A DNA stretch of 64,000 nt, taken from assembly GCF_006345805.1 (NCBI RefSeq), contig NC_042999.1, positions 149,916,001-149,980,000 on the forward strand, written 5' to 3'. How positions within the stretch are numbered: the stretch's first letter is position 1; each line of letters opens with the position of its first letter. The notes beneath the pieces were generated by a model. The model was not told where the DNA came from, ran no database searches, and saw only the letters and a program-made list of their open reading frames with translations. This document shows positions 1 through 13,554 of this stretch, in pieces. The DNA comes from Octopus sinensis (lineage: Eukaryota). The translations under genes and the position numbers were made by a program.

Positions 1-2176
1 TGAATCCACTGTTTATAGAATTTCTCTGTAACCCATGGTTTTCTTGCTCCAGCATACATGCCTATCAATAAGAACATAATCTGACTTATACCAAAAGGCT
101 GAAACCAATCATTTAGCAAAATGGCTAATTACTTGGTGCAACCATAGCTGCTTTATTAATTAAAATCCTATCTCTATACGTAACCAACAAAAGTTATTTA
201 TAAATATCCAGCATAAACATATTTCAAGTAGATGGCATTATCTAAAATTCTTCACCTGTGTATAACCAACATAAACACTTCACTGCAATGTGGAAATGTC
301 AAGAAGAGATGACATTTCTTTATATCTTTTGATAAAGCATATTCTACTTTGCTTCAATTTTGTTCTTTTTTTTTTATCTCTTTCTTGTAAAGCAATGTAC
401 AGAAAATGCTAATGTGAAATTAATGGATGTGGTGGAAAGGGGTGGGGAGTCCTTCAATGTGCATGTTTTGAACGTATATCTGAACATGTATTGGCATCAA
501 CCATTAAGTGCTTGTGTATCAATCTATTTTTTTCAGCTTTGGATACTCAGTTTCACATTAACCAAGGAATAAATACTAAACTATTCATCCAAATAAATTA
601 ATGTAGTCAGACTATTCTCAAGTATTGCACTGTATTCTACATGACTCAGTGAAGCTGAAGTGAAATTAATCATTACTGATGCTTCACTGAGCAGCTGGCA
701 TTAACTAAGATCTTTCATCCATAAATAACCAATATAAACACACATGTACACACCATTTGGCTGGCATTAACTAAGATCCTTGAGCTATAAATAACCAGCA
801 TAAACAGGGAACAAGCACAACGGTCAAGTGAACATGACATCAGTTCATTAGTTTATATATATCATTAGACAATTTTTTATCCATGAAAAATTTTTTTAAA
901 TAAAATAAAAATTAATGTTTTCTTTACTTCAATTTAATAGTTAAGTAGACAGGCTCCAACTAATAATTTACAAATTAACATTATGAATCCTAAGAACTAT
1001 TAAAGATCTGTAGCACAATATTTATGTTAAATTAATCTAATCAAGGAGCTTCTAAATAGTTGCTCTAACAGTATTCATTATAGTAGTGAAATATCTTTAA
1101 AGCTCAAAACTCAGACATAACTGCGAGGCTAAGAAGTTTAATTCCCAATCATATGGTTTCATGTTCAATCGCACTGCAAGGTACCTTGGGAAGTGTCTAC
1201 TTCTATAGCTCTGGGGTTGACTAAAGCCTTGTAAGTTTGGTAGAGGAAAACAAAGAGGCCCATTGATATATATATATATATATATCTGTATAGGTGTGCT
1301 TGGTGTGTGTTAGTGTCACGTTGCATCAGTATCAGACAAGCGAGAGTTGATGACATGAAGGACAACCGTCCATAGAAAAGAGGCATCAACAAATTTTGTC
1401 CAATCCATGCATGGACAGGTGGATGTCAAAATGATGATAACTCTATATTTTAAGGGTCAAACCAACATACCTGCTGATCAGTTCTATGGAGTTGCTCAAC
1501 AGTTACCTCAACTAGAGTACTCAAAGTCAACATTATCACCATTGTTTTAACATCCATTTTTCCATGCTTGGATGATACTTGATGATGCAGAATTTTTATG
1601 GCTGGAAGCCCTTCCTGTCACCAACACTTGCCAGTATTCAAACAAGATTACACTCCCCTATGGCTGGACATGTTTTCTTTGAAAATTTTCAAAGGAAATA
1701 CACTGTATGATTGTGATACTCATTTTACAAGGATTGCATCAGAAATACAAAATCACACACAAGCATACATATATAGAGAGGGGTTCTTTCTGTTTCTATC
1801 TATCCAATTCTGCATGAAAAGCTTTGGTTGGCCTGGGGCTATAGTAAATGACACTTGCCCAAGGTGTCCTGCAGTGGAAAATAGCCTGAAACCAAGTGAT
1901 CAGAAAGCATACTTCCTAATCACAAAGCTATTCCTGTACATTGTAGAAGAAAAATAATTAAAACGATGTCATTATGCAAATATCCATGAACAGTAGAAAA
2001 ATTATCAATTTGTTATTTTAAATTATTCATTTAGACGTCATCCCTTATTTCTTATCAACAACGGCATTAATTAGAAAAAAGAAAACAAAGCAGTAAAAGT
2101 AAAGATATGTTTAAAAGCATTAGGTAACCATATGTAAACATTTAAACTGCAAGCAGGTGAGAGGAACCTTAATTAC

Positions 2177-2225
2177 TTGGCTTCACAGACATAGGCAGAG
2201 AATCTAATCTACTTCAAGTCACAAC
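2177..2225 (-). other. Candidate non-coding exon (49 nt)
   Basis: Acceptor cttgtcctttattggtag and donor CAA|GTAATT; stops in all three frames. Confidence 0.35.
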
Positions 2226-5200
2226 CTACCAATAAAGGACAAGATTAAAAAAAAAATGTAGTTCTAGACATGCTAGGCTGAAAAAGAAAAAAAACAAAAC
2301 AAAAACCAGATTTGTTCTGTCAAGATCAATCAAGAGACGTTTGAAGTTCAACAGCATAACAACATCCCACAGTATAAATTTACCAGTTAGCATCATTAAA
2401 ATTGCATTACAAACAGAATATGTTCAACCACAGTTCAGAACTGACTGAACATGCCTATGATCAAATGTCTCCCAGCCATAACCAACCCTTCTTGTATTCA
2501 AGAGTAGTGTAACTAAGACTACATTATTGAATATGTCCTTTTATTTTTGGGTCAGTAGAATGTGATTTGTGGAAGGGAAGGGGGATTTGTTATTTTTAAC
2601 AAGCCTAGCAACCACACAGATGCTTCATGTCGTTTGCTATTATTAATTGTCATGAACAGAAGTATAAATTGTAAATAAGAGACACCAATTAGCTATCATC
2701 ATTGCATAAAAGATTTTCTAAAATGCATCAAGGCAAAATGGTTCTCTATAGTTTTAACTGTCAACAGACTAAGACTTCATCCTTAGAGCAAAAATTTGAA
2801 ATGTTCTCCCTATAGCCAACAAAGGTTGCTAATTAAAATTATCATTTTTGTCTTCTAGTCAGGATGGAAGGTAGTTCCCATGGCTGCTTCTAAGACAAGC
2901 AGAAGGTACCTTCAAACTAGATATCTGACCTGAATGCTTGCAACAGAATGGACTCTGCTGAAGACACTCAAGGTACTAAGTGGTGGTACTAAACCAGGAG
3001 ATGGTTTACATCTACATTTGAAGTAGGCCAAGAGTCCAAGACATTAAAATTGCGGGCTCATATGTTGACCAAAACTGTGCCAAATATGTAGGTAGTCATC
3101 ATGAAAACACTTGATAAGAAACATTACATTCTAGAAACAAAGTTGTAGTTTGGGAACGTTTTTCATTGAGAAAAAGAAAATGGAATACATCAACAACATT
3201 TTAGGGTTCATTTTTCCATGCTTACATGAGTTGGATGGAGTTAACTGAAGTAGATTTCCAATGACCAGATACTGGCTTATTTCAGTTTCTATCTACTAAA
3301 TCCTTTCCAAAGCCTTTGGTCAGCCAAGAGGTTCAAAGGTTACATTTTTTTTTTACCAAATTAAAACAAGCAGATGCTTTCAAGAGAAACAACTTATATT
3401 ATCATGTTAATCAACATGACAAAGTGTTTTGTCAATTTGAAACAAAACATATTGAAACTAATATAGGACAAATCGCGACACCAAGCTTCCTTTAATTTAT
3501 TTAAGAAATATAAGAAAGATATTTCATTTTAGGACACAGGGAGACTGATATTTCTTCAGTCTAAGACTTATCTTTTACTTGTTTCAGTCATAGGACTGTG
3601 GCCAAGCTGGGGCACTACCTTGAAGTATTTAGTTGAATAAATCGACCTTAAAGTTACAGGAACATAAACAAACCAAAACCAGTTGTCAAAGAGGTGTGAG
3701 AAAGACAAACACAAAGACATATGCACAGACACACACGCATGTCTGTGTGCATATGTACACACACACACAATGAGCTTCCAGAGTTTCTGTCAACCATATT
3801 CACTGACAAAGCATTTGTCAGCTCAGAGCTATAAGACACTTGCCCAAGTTGCAGTAGAGCTGAATCCCAAACTACATGGTTGCAAAGGAAGCTTCTTAAC
3901 CACAGGGCTTATGCTTTTGTATCACTGTAAAAAAAAAAATTATAGACAATGATCCTTGAAGGCCCGAAAGCTTGAATTAGGGATCAGGTAGATATGTTAA
4001 ACCAAACAATGGATTATGCCTAGCACCCAACTAGACCACATTGAAATTTGAAATCAGAACTCAAAAGAAGATGAAATGCTGCAAGGCATTCTGTCCAATG
4101 TTGTAATGATTCTGTCAGTTCACTTTTATCCCAGAAGGATAAAAAGTCAACATGGCAAGATTTGAATACAGAATGCAAGAAGAAGGAATAAATACCAGAA
4201 GGTATTTCATCTAATGTTCTATCAACCTTCAATTAATCTGTAGCCTGTATATATAGTTGAGCCAACAGAATTCTGCACTGTTTTGATTTCAAATATCAAT
4301 GGAAAATAACAGTGTAAATGCCTCAAAAAGCTTCTGGTTTTATATTAAGCAGATGAGAGGATATATATCCAGCAATTAGTTGAACTGATCTCAAATCCTG
4401 TTATAGTCAGCTCTGCCTTTCATCCTGTCAGGGTCAACAAATAAGGTACCAGTCTAGGAGAATGAACAAGTGGAATTGTTAGAGCAACTAGGTAAGAGAA
4501 GGTGTGATACCTGTTCTATGTATTCTAAGTTCAAACGATTTGCTTACATCTCATTATAGTGAAGTGGTTTCTTCAAAGAGGATTAAGAGAGAGAAAAAAA
4601 AAGAGGTTATGCTCTAACTAGGTAGGGATAAGAGAGAGAAACAGGTGCCTTGCGGTAGAGGAAGTACAAGGTTACTCGGAGAGAGACAGAGAGAGAGAGA
4701 GAGTGGGAAGAGACAGAGAGGAGAAAAAGAGGAGAGAGGGGAAAGAGTGGAGAGAGGAGAAAGAGTGGGAGAGAGGAGAAAGAGTGGGAGAGAGGAGAGT
4801 GGATAGAGAGGGAGAGGAAGGAGAGGAGAGGAAGGAGAGAGGAGAGAGATCAGGAATGAAAACAGAAACAGGTGTGCTACCATAAAGGAAATACATGGTT
4901 ACTCAACCTGAGGGAAGTGCAGGAGAAGGAGTGAGTGGGAGACAGCAGGATAGAGATGGTAGCAAAATGCCAAACATACAATGGACGCAGATCAGAATAT
5001 AAATGGGATGGTTGAGTAAAGGAAGAGCAAGATATAGATGGTGGCAAGTGCCAAGGCATACCCTTGAGGTTCGAATGCCACATAATATAAGTGACATGAT
5101 ATTGCAAGGAAGTGTAATTAAAGAGTGCTGAAGTGGGGAGTGAGTGGTGAAAACTTGGGTATAAATATTTGGGCGGAGGAGGGGGGGGGCACCAGATAGC

Positions 5201-5409
5201 AATGGTATAGAGGAACAGGGCCATGAGGACAGGATTGGGGAGAGAGCTAGGCATAGCGTATGAAGGAGGAAATGTAAGGAAGAGATGTGGAGATGTAGAT
5301 TGGTTTGTTGGGGTGAAAACACAAGTCGGGGAGGTGGGGACTAGCAGATAGCAATAATAATAAGCAAGTATAATTATAATTGAATAACTAAATCAGTGTA
5401 ACTTAAGAC

Positions 5410-5630
5410 AAATAAGGAATTATTTGCCAAATAAGGAATAATTTGCCGAATAAGGAATAATTTGCCAAATAAGGAATAATTTGCCAAATAAGGAATAATT
5501 TGCCAAATAAGGAATAATTTGCCAAATAAGGAATAATTTGCCAAATAAAGAATAATTTGTCAAATAAGGAGTTATTTGTCAAATAAGGAATTTTTTACTG
5601 AATAAGGAATTATTTGCCAAATAAGGAATC
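5410..5630. repeat. 19-bp minisatellite (AAATAAGGAATAATTTGCC, ~11.5 copies)
   Basis: Directly visible head-to-tail repeats with degenerate ends. Confidence 0.95.
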
Positions 5631-5791
5631 ATCTATGTTAAACACATGGAAATAAAATCAATAACTGAACAATGGGGATAAAAAAATCAATAACTAAACA
5701 ATAAAAGATTAATGTTTAATGTTTTGCAAGTATCCAATCTCCAGCCAAGGCTTCACATTATTTCCATAAATGGCTATATTACTGTCCTCAC

Positions 5792-5859
5792 TTGATATCG
5801 ATTATATTTGGCCTGAGCCACCTACAGCTCTTGTAGCAATATCCTTCTTTGGTCTACTT
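5792..5859 (-). other. Candidate non-coding exon (68 nt)
   Basis: Acceptor ctatattttccttctgtgcag and donor CAA|GTGAGG; stops in all three frames. Confidence 0.45.
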
Positions 5860-8800
5860 CTGCACAGAAGGAAAATATAGTTTGTGGAATCTATTTAGTA
5901 TATGACCCATGCATAAAAGAGAAAAAATAATCATTGCCCCCCCTGGAAAATTCCAAAATAATTCCCCTTATCAAATACCAATAGGTACAGGTATGGCTGT
6001 ATGGCAAGGTTTGCTTTCCAACCATGTAGCTTCATGCTCAGTACTACTGTGTGGCACCTTGGGCAAGTGTTTTCTACTATAACCCCAGGCTGACCAAAGT
6101 CTTGTCAGTAGATTTGGCAGTCAAAACAGGAAAGAAACCCATCATATATATGTATGAGTGTATCCTTCCAATACTCTACAAAAGCATGTCTGGCCATGGG
6201 AAAATATAACTTTGCTTAGAAATAAGCAAGTGTTTGCAGTAGGAACAGCATCTAGCCATAGGAAATCTGCCTCAATAGATTCCATCCAGCCCATGCAAAT
6301 GGCTGTTAAAAAACACTGATCTTTGACTTGATCTTCAAAGGTAAAGTGAAATAGCTTCAAAATATCATTTGACCTTAAATTTTGGCAAAAACAGAATAAA
6401 TGTTGCAACTGTCAAATCTTCCCACTGGGTATCAGTACTGTAATGGAACCAAACCCAGTTGCAAATTTTGACATGATCAGGACTTGGTCGCCTACTTTTA
6501 AGCCGATTGGCTTCATTATAGGATTACTAATTACCCTCAGTTTTAGAAGTACAACCTTCTCAATCACCTACTACATCCACTCTTGTGTTAGTTACTACTA
6601 AGTTCATAAATTATTATTTATGTAGGATAGAGCAAACTGCATGACTATAGAGTTATCTATCATGTAATACTTTTGACTTTTTATCAAGAGGATAACTGAA
6701 ACAGCAACAACAAATTGAAGCTGACATAAACTTGATCCAGCAGCAGTTTATCCTTGCTTGTCTTAATCGCCTACTACTCATCAGCTGAATACAGCTAACT
6801 GTATGCACATGTATGTCTGTGTGCGTGCTGAAGTAGGATTGGTGAAGTCATTCATTATGGTGATCGTTTTAATCAGTACACAAACAAGTCTTGTGAAACT
6901 CTAGCTTCAACTGGTTTCTTGTGAAAAATATTTTATTGTTTGACCTAGCCACTCTGTTTCTGAGAAAGAAACTTGACTAACTCTCATCTGAGTCAACGAG
7001 AGACTCTCTACACGTGTGCGGAACATTTTAGAAAAAGCAGGCAAATCAGCCTAAAGTCATACCCTATCTTGACAAAAAAAAAAAAAAAGAAAGAAAAAAG
7101 GAGAAAAAGAAATAAATTGAAACAAGCACATTGGATAATGTAGTCCTTAATAGATTATGTCTGAAAAAAATATCAGAATGGTAACAACTTTGATCAAAGG
7201 TTAAGGTAACAGCTTTGATTATAGGCCTCCTGGAACAACCTGTTCTCACTGGTTTGGTCCAGTTTGCTATTAATGAGCAATAAAGAACACAGTGTTCTAT
7301 AAATGAGAGCACTAGATAATTGATGAGTGTTTGGTTTCTTAAATTCAAAAACTTTGCAATTTGCAACAGATACCTGTTATTGTCCCTGGAAAGACAAAAG
7401 GCAATCCTGGCTAGATTTGAACTCAAAATTAAATGAAGCCCTATTCATTGAAAAAAAAAAAAATAAAGCTATCAATTTTTTTTTTTAAATAAGCACAGTT
7501 TTGACTGGATTGGCAGAATTGTTCAAGCAGTTTAGTCCTAGTTTTTTTTTTTATTTGCATTCTGAGTTTAAATTCCACTGAGATCAAATATGGCCTTTCA
7601 TCCTCTTATGCAAGTAGCCAATTAGCTCCTCTGCAAGAAACTTGGTCTACTCTGATCCTTTCTCTCATACCTCTTCATCTAGCATAGTCAAAGGTGATCT
7701 TAGTCCTGCAAGCTGTATGGTGACCTCAAAACTGCAGGTGTCACAAAAAAAGCATCCAGTAAACACTATGGTATGGTTAGGAAGGGTATCCAGCCACAAA
7801 ATCCATGCCATAGCAGACACTGGGGCATGATGCAGTCCTCAGACTCATCGAAATCCTGTCAAACCATCAACCAAAACCAGCAAGGAACATGATCCTTAAT
7901 TATGAGAGTTGGACTGGCAGGATCATTAAGAAGAACTGAAAAGTATTTGAACTCTAAGTTCTGAGTTCAAATCCCATCGAGATCAACTCTGTCTTTCATC
8001 CCTGCAAGGTCAATAAAATTAAGTACCAGTCAAATACTGGCGCTGGTGGTCTCAACTAATCTCTCCCCTGACAAAATTCTTTGAGCTATTTATTCCACTT
8101 CTTTATGCTCAAGTTAAAATCTCTCGCTGAAGTCTCAAGTACTTATTTTATCTTTCCAAGGTTCAGTCAAGTACGAGGGTGTGGGGTGACATCGATTAAC
8201 CCTTCCCCTCAAAATTTCAGATTTGGCGTTTATATTATAAACAATCATCATCATCAAGTATTTAGCTTGGTTATGCAAAATCGGTGTGTCTGTTATATAT
8301 ATACGTGCGCGCTTAGACACCCTATATATAGAATCACAAATGCCATCAACCGGTTATTATTATTATTATTATTTTTAAAAAAAGCATTGGAAAGTGATCA
8401 CAATATGCGGCTTCCACTGCATATAAATGCACAGCGGGTGCCACGAATTAGAACCACAAGTAATGTTATCGACCGGTTATTATCAAAAACAGCGCCAACA
8501 AACTTTTCATTTGTTTAATGCCGTCAGGTTTAAAAAAAATTTAAACTGATAACAATAAGCGACTTCGACTGTAATATAAAAATGAATGACGTAATGTAAA
8601 AAAGTTCGTCTCCTCGTCACATTTCCAAACGAGTGACTCGCTGATTTGGCGGAAAAAAGAGAATCAAAAAAATTCGGCGCAAGTGGAATAATCAAGCGCA
8701 AGATTTTTTTTTTCTTAATAAAAATAAAATTAAATATATATAATTTGAAAAAAAGAAAGTAAAATCATCGTTCAGCGGTTATTCCTGGTCATTTCTATTA

Positions 8801-9789
8801 GTAAGCAGTATTAAACGACACGAGTAGAAAGTAATTCTGGAAAAGTACAGCGAACATGTGAAAGAGACCACCATGACAATGGTCACCCGTCGAAACATGT
8901 GAATTGACAAACATTGCCGTTTCTAGTCGGTCATGAGAGAAGGGGGAGCTAAAGCAAGCAGCTTACTAAAAATAGCAGCAGGGGCAGCAGTCACACGATG
9001 ATGCAACGAATATTGCATTTAGAAGGTGCTTTTTTAAAGTCATTTTGCAATAAATTCTTCTATTTATATTCACTAGTTCTGCAAGTGACACAACAGTAAG
9101 AAATAGTGCAAATATCTGATGCAGTTTACACTCAAACACTTTTTATTAAATTAATAATGTAAATATTTAAGTTGATTATTACTATCTCTAAAAAGTATGA
9201 TATCGTTGAATGACACAGCAAGCCAACGTGACTTCGTTCTTTAAATAAATAGCGTGATTTTCTTAAATATTTTGTTTTATCTAGACGCCTATCCCAATTA
9301 CCTGGGATACCTATCCCAATTAACTGCTATACTTTTAATTAAAAATTCATGATTTACAATAAAAAAAAATGTACTTAGTATCAATTATTTTATTTATTTA
9401 TTGGTTATTAGAATAAATATATAAAATAAAGATATTGACGTTAAGTGCAGGGTTTTTCAAATTGGATTTTACAGATCCCCAAAGTTTCGCAAGATAAAGG
9501 GTCTTTTGACAAAATTTAATAGAATTTCATTTTATAACTGCAATTTATAATACCATTTTCAAAACGACAAAAATATATGATTTTTAAATAAATAAATTCC
9601 CTCTTAAAAACAATATTTCTTTAATTTTATGTTTTAATAAAAGTAGAATGGCAGGGGACTCCAAGACTTTTTCTGAAAGGGATCAGTAACAATGACATCT
9701 GTATTAATGCACTTTTCAGACTCTCTCCTCTCTCTCTCTCTCTCTTTGTGCAGATGTTTGGCAACACAAAAATATCCAAGTGACTAACA

Positions 9790-9821
<32 letters not shown>

Positions 9822-9989
9822 GATGATAATAATAATAATAATGATAATGATAATAATGATGATGATAATAATGATGATAATAATAATAATGATAATAATA
9901 ATAATAATGATGATATTAATGATAATAATAATAATAATAATGATAATAATAATAATAATGATGATGATGATACTAATAATAATTATAGA

Positions 9990-10242
9990 GCATTATTTCG
10001 ATATAACTCGACAAAATCAAAACATTTTACTTCGGGTATTTCCGTGGAAGCAAATGACAGTTCAATTCTGTTTTCTGCTTGGAAATTTGCGAAAGAGGTA
10101 AGAACAAAATATGCAAGGCTTTTTTTCTTCAGGTTTAAAATGAGACATTGCCGGTATAATTTCGTTATATCTATACTCCACAAACCACGGAAATACCCGA
10201 AGTGAAATGTCTTGATTTTGTCGAGTTATATCGAAACAATGC
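9990..10242. mobile_element. MITE with ~58-bp terminal inverted repeats inside an (AAT/GAT)n tract
   Basis: GCATTATTTCGATATAACTCGACAAAATCAA...TCGGGTATTTCCGTGG is mirrored at 10185-10242. Confidence 0.85.
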
Positions 10243-10844
10243 CAATGATAGTAATAATAATAATGATGATGATGATGATGATAATGCGTTCTACTAAAGG
10301 CACAAGGCCTGAAATTTTGGGAGAGGGGACTAGTCGATTACATCGACCCTAGAGTTCGACCGTTATTTATTTTACCAAACCCGAGAGGATGAAAGGCAAT
10401 TTTTTTTCCTAATTTTAACACAAAAGTCAGCAATTTTGAGGAGTGGGCTCAAGTCGATTACATCAACCCAGAAAGGAAGAAAGGTAAAGTTGACCTCGGC
10501 GGGAATTGAACTCCGAATATTTTTACTCTAGGAAGCTTACAGCAAGCTCAGGAAATGTGATGCAAACAAATTCAAATATTCAGCATTCGGTGACGTATGC
10601 CCCCAGTAAATTGATTTCCCCTTCCCCACTCTTATTTATTTTATAGACAGATGATATTTTCTAATGATAATCCTTTCTACTACTAAGTGCTTAACTTATT
10701 TTATCGACCCCGAGAGGATGAAAGACAAAGTTGCCCTCGAAGGAATTTGAACTCAGGACGTTGACAAACGAAATGCCAACCAAGCGCTTTGTCCGGCGTG
10801 CTAACGATTTTGCTAGCTCGCTGCCTTAATAACTATATTTATTG

Positions 10845-11062
10845 TAAGGCGGCAAGCTGGCAGAAACGTTAGCACGCCGAGGGAAATGCTTTAGCGGTAT
10901 TTCGTCTATCTTAACGTTCTGAGTTCAAATTCCGTCGAGGTCGACTTTGCCTTTCATCCTTTCGGGGTCGATAAATTAAGTACTAGTTGCGTACCGAGAT
11001 CGATCTAATCGACTGGCCCCCCTCACCAAAAATTTCGGGCCTTGTGCCCAGAGTAGAAAAGA
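10845..11062 (+). mobile_element. tRNA-derived Meta/MESC-domain-like SINE (representative copy)
   Basis: A box TGGCAGAAACG, B box GTTCAAATTCC, central GCCTTTCATCCTTTCGGGGTCGATAAA. Other copies: ~7905-8185+, 10285-10828-, 14870-15625+, 17464-18670+, 33822-34040+, 40853-40921+, 57332-57550+, 60630-60863-, 62440-63065-. Confidence 0.9.
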
Positions 11063-11746
11063 ATAATAACAATATTTCCTACTATAGGGACAAGGCCAGA
11101 AAATTGGGTTGGGGAAGGTGACTAGACAATTACATCGACTCCAATGTACGACTAGTTTTTATTTTATCAACCCCGAAAAGATGAAAGGTAAGTTTCTAAA
11201 CTAGGGCACAAGGCTTGAACTGTTGGAGGAAGGGGGCAGACGATTAAATCTGAACTTTTATATATGTAACAAATAAACTTTTGCAATGTTTAATATTTTC
11301 ACACTACTCTTTTATCAACGAGTCGCCTAAATCTAGACCACTAAACTCTCTAATCATTAACATCTAGTGTGAACAGTGCCGATTATATATCTGCCCTGAC
11401 AATAGGTGGTGAAACCACGCAACTAGGTAGACGAAGTAAGAAATGATTTAAGTACACGTGATCTGAAGGAAGCAGGTGACGATGGTGGAAATGGTGGAGG
11501 AGGTGGGTGCGCCTGGTAAACATCGAGTTAAATAGTAGTAATGCAAGATATTATGTAAAAATGCCGTTGTTGTTTAGCCCAGGGTGAACCTGGATTCACC
11601 AAACATGATTAGATGCATTTTAATCGTAACTATCATATTTTTTGTTAAAAAAATAGTGCATATCAAATGTCACTATTCTTTATTTTTTTTTTAAATACAG
11701 GGTGTGTGGGTTGAGAGATTTGGCTGCTATTTCTTGCAGATCGAGC

Positions 11747-11967
11747 CAATGGTTCTCGAACTAATCTCTGATTCTTATTTTACTAGGATGGATCCCCATA
11801 ACCGTTCGATGTTTAAAAATTTCTACTATATTTTTATAATCAAAATAAAAACTGTATTTAAAAAATTAAATCATTTTGTGTAGTGTCGAATTATAACCAA
11901 TTTATTGCACAAACCCTGACAATAAAATCTAATATGGCCCCACAAGGAAACCTCAGTCGAGAACCAT
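11747..11967. mobile_element. hAT (Charlie-like) MITE, degenerate
   Basis: Ends CAATGGTTCTCGA ... TCGAGAACCAT. Confidence 0.6.
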
Positions 11968-13554
11968 AAGCTTAGAAGTTCTTTCCCTTGCTGGGTTGCA
12001 ATTCAGTGAAAGAGATTAATAAATAGGTTCACTCTGGTATTAAATTTACAGGGATTAGAGAAAAGTTACCTAATAGGTAGATTAATCATGGTTGTAAAGG
12101 GCCAATGTTTTCAACTGTCAAGTCTAAACACAGCATAAATAAGGTTAATGCTTTACATCACTTATATGTGCCCAATATAGTGGATACTTCATATTTTATC
12201 AACAAATGGGGGGAAAAAAACGTACAAAAAAGTTTAAATATTTAGGTTAAGGGCTCAAAGAACTGAAGCATAAATCGGACGACATAATTTCCGAGTCATT
12301 TTTCAATGAACAGGAAAATGCAAATCAAGATATTTTCAAAAGTATAGATTATAATAAAAATTTGGGATTAGTGTCAGTGAAATAAATTTTTTAAAATTTA
12401 TTTAGAGTATAAAGGATATGGATGAGGGAAAGTAACTAAGTAGCGCTAACTTAGGGATGTAACAGGTGAGTTTGTTCGATAGCAAATCAATGATCTTAAG
12501 TCAAACTGACCCACACTACTACCAATGTCATCTTACAGGCATGGGCACATTTTGGCGGTTGCTTGGTGACCCCACGAGTTTAGGACACCTATGCTTATTG
12601 TGTGCACGCTACAGTTGTGTATGCAAGGGTCCAGTGCAATGGTTTGTGCAGTGGGGAAAGGGCTATAATGTTAAGGTGCACCTGCCTGCAACCCACACAA
12701 ACAAAAAATTTGTTTTAAGTTTTAAGGTTTGTATTAAAATTAAGGGGCAGTGGTGCACAGCTAAATATTGCAGATCCCGATATACAGGTAGGACTTGGGT
12801 CACCATGTAGATCGGTAAAAAATGGGATGCCCATGGAATGTCTTTGAGCACTAAGTGCTAACAAATCAGTTTTTAAAAAGCATAAAAAGGAAGAAAAGGT
12901 TTTATAGATTAAGTATATATAAAATTGCATCATACATAAAATCTGAAATTAGAAACAAGAATTGTGATGTTCATGCCTTTTCCAAAGATTAGAAACCGAA
13001 GTTAATTAGAACGGTGCCAACAGGTAAACGAAATGCAAAATCAGTTTGTTGCAAACTGATTAACCTTAATGGATTATGGTGCTCACATGAAACTATTTCA
13101 TATATAAACACTTGTTTTAGATTAGGATGACTGGGAAGAAATGAGGTTCATACATTTCCTGAATATTTGCAACATAAATTGCCATGACTCAGATCTTTAA
13201 AAACTTAGCGACCAAGTGCAAATTGTGTTACCCTGAATTTTGTTGAGATATGAAATGATAAAAGTGGCATGTGTCAACAGCACGTAGGCCAAAAAACAAT
13301 TACAACTGCAAAACATGTCAAAAATAGTGGCATCAGGAGACATGGTGGGGAAAGGTGGGTTTGGCCCATAATAATGAACGATGTCGAAATGTTTACTTTG
13401 ATTTTGTAGACAAATTGAGTGTGTTTGAAATAAACACTCAGAATAGTTTATATTAAAAATACATCAGTAAGGCTTGTATAACATTGTAAAAGGCAATCTG
13501 AACACAAAATGTAACAATATACGAAGAAATATAAATAAACAGTTATATACTTAC

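Noticed and set aside
622-692. miR-92-like TATTGCAC and adjacent 11-bp hairpin CTCAGTGAAGC/GCTTCACTGAG
   Set aside because: The seed is not within a good stem; the hairpin spans only 47 nt with no lower stem.
1486-1497. ATGGAGTTGCTC resembling miR-281
   Set aside because: Seed and 3' end differ and there is no supporting hairpin.
5410-5630. 19-bp repeats as a CRISPR array
   Set aside because: Head-to-tail with no unique spacers, eukaryotic context and no cas genes; an ordinary minisatellite.
6878-7015. Complete two-hairpin H/ACA snoRNA
   Set aside because: The first hairpin lacks a bipartite pocket, the hinge is long, and I could not identify an rRNA or snRNA target; kept only within the weak hairpin-cluster finding.
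9780-10205. Asn/Asp-rich ORF (and the many YVCM, HTHT and IYIY ORFs elsewhere)
   Set aside because: Translations of microsatellites and SINEs, not genes.
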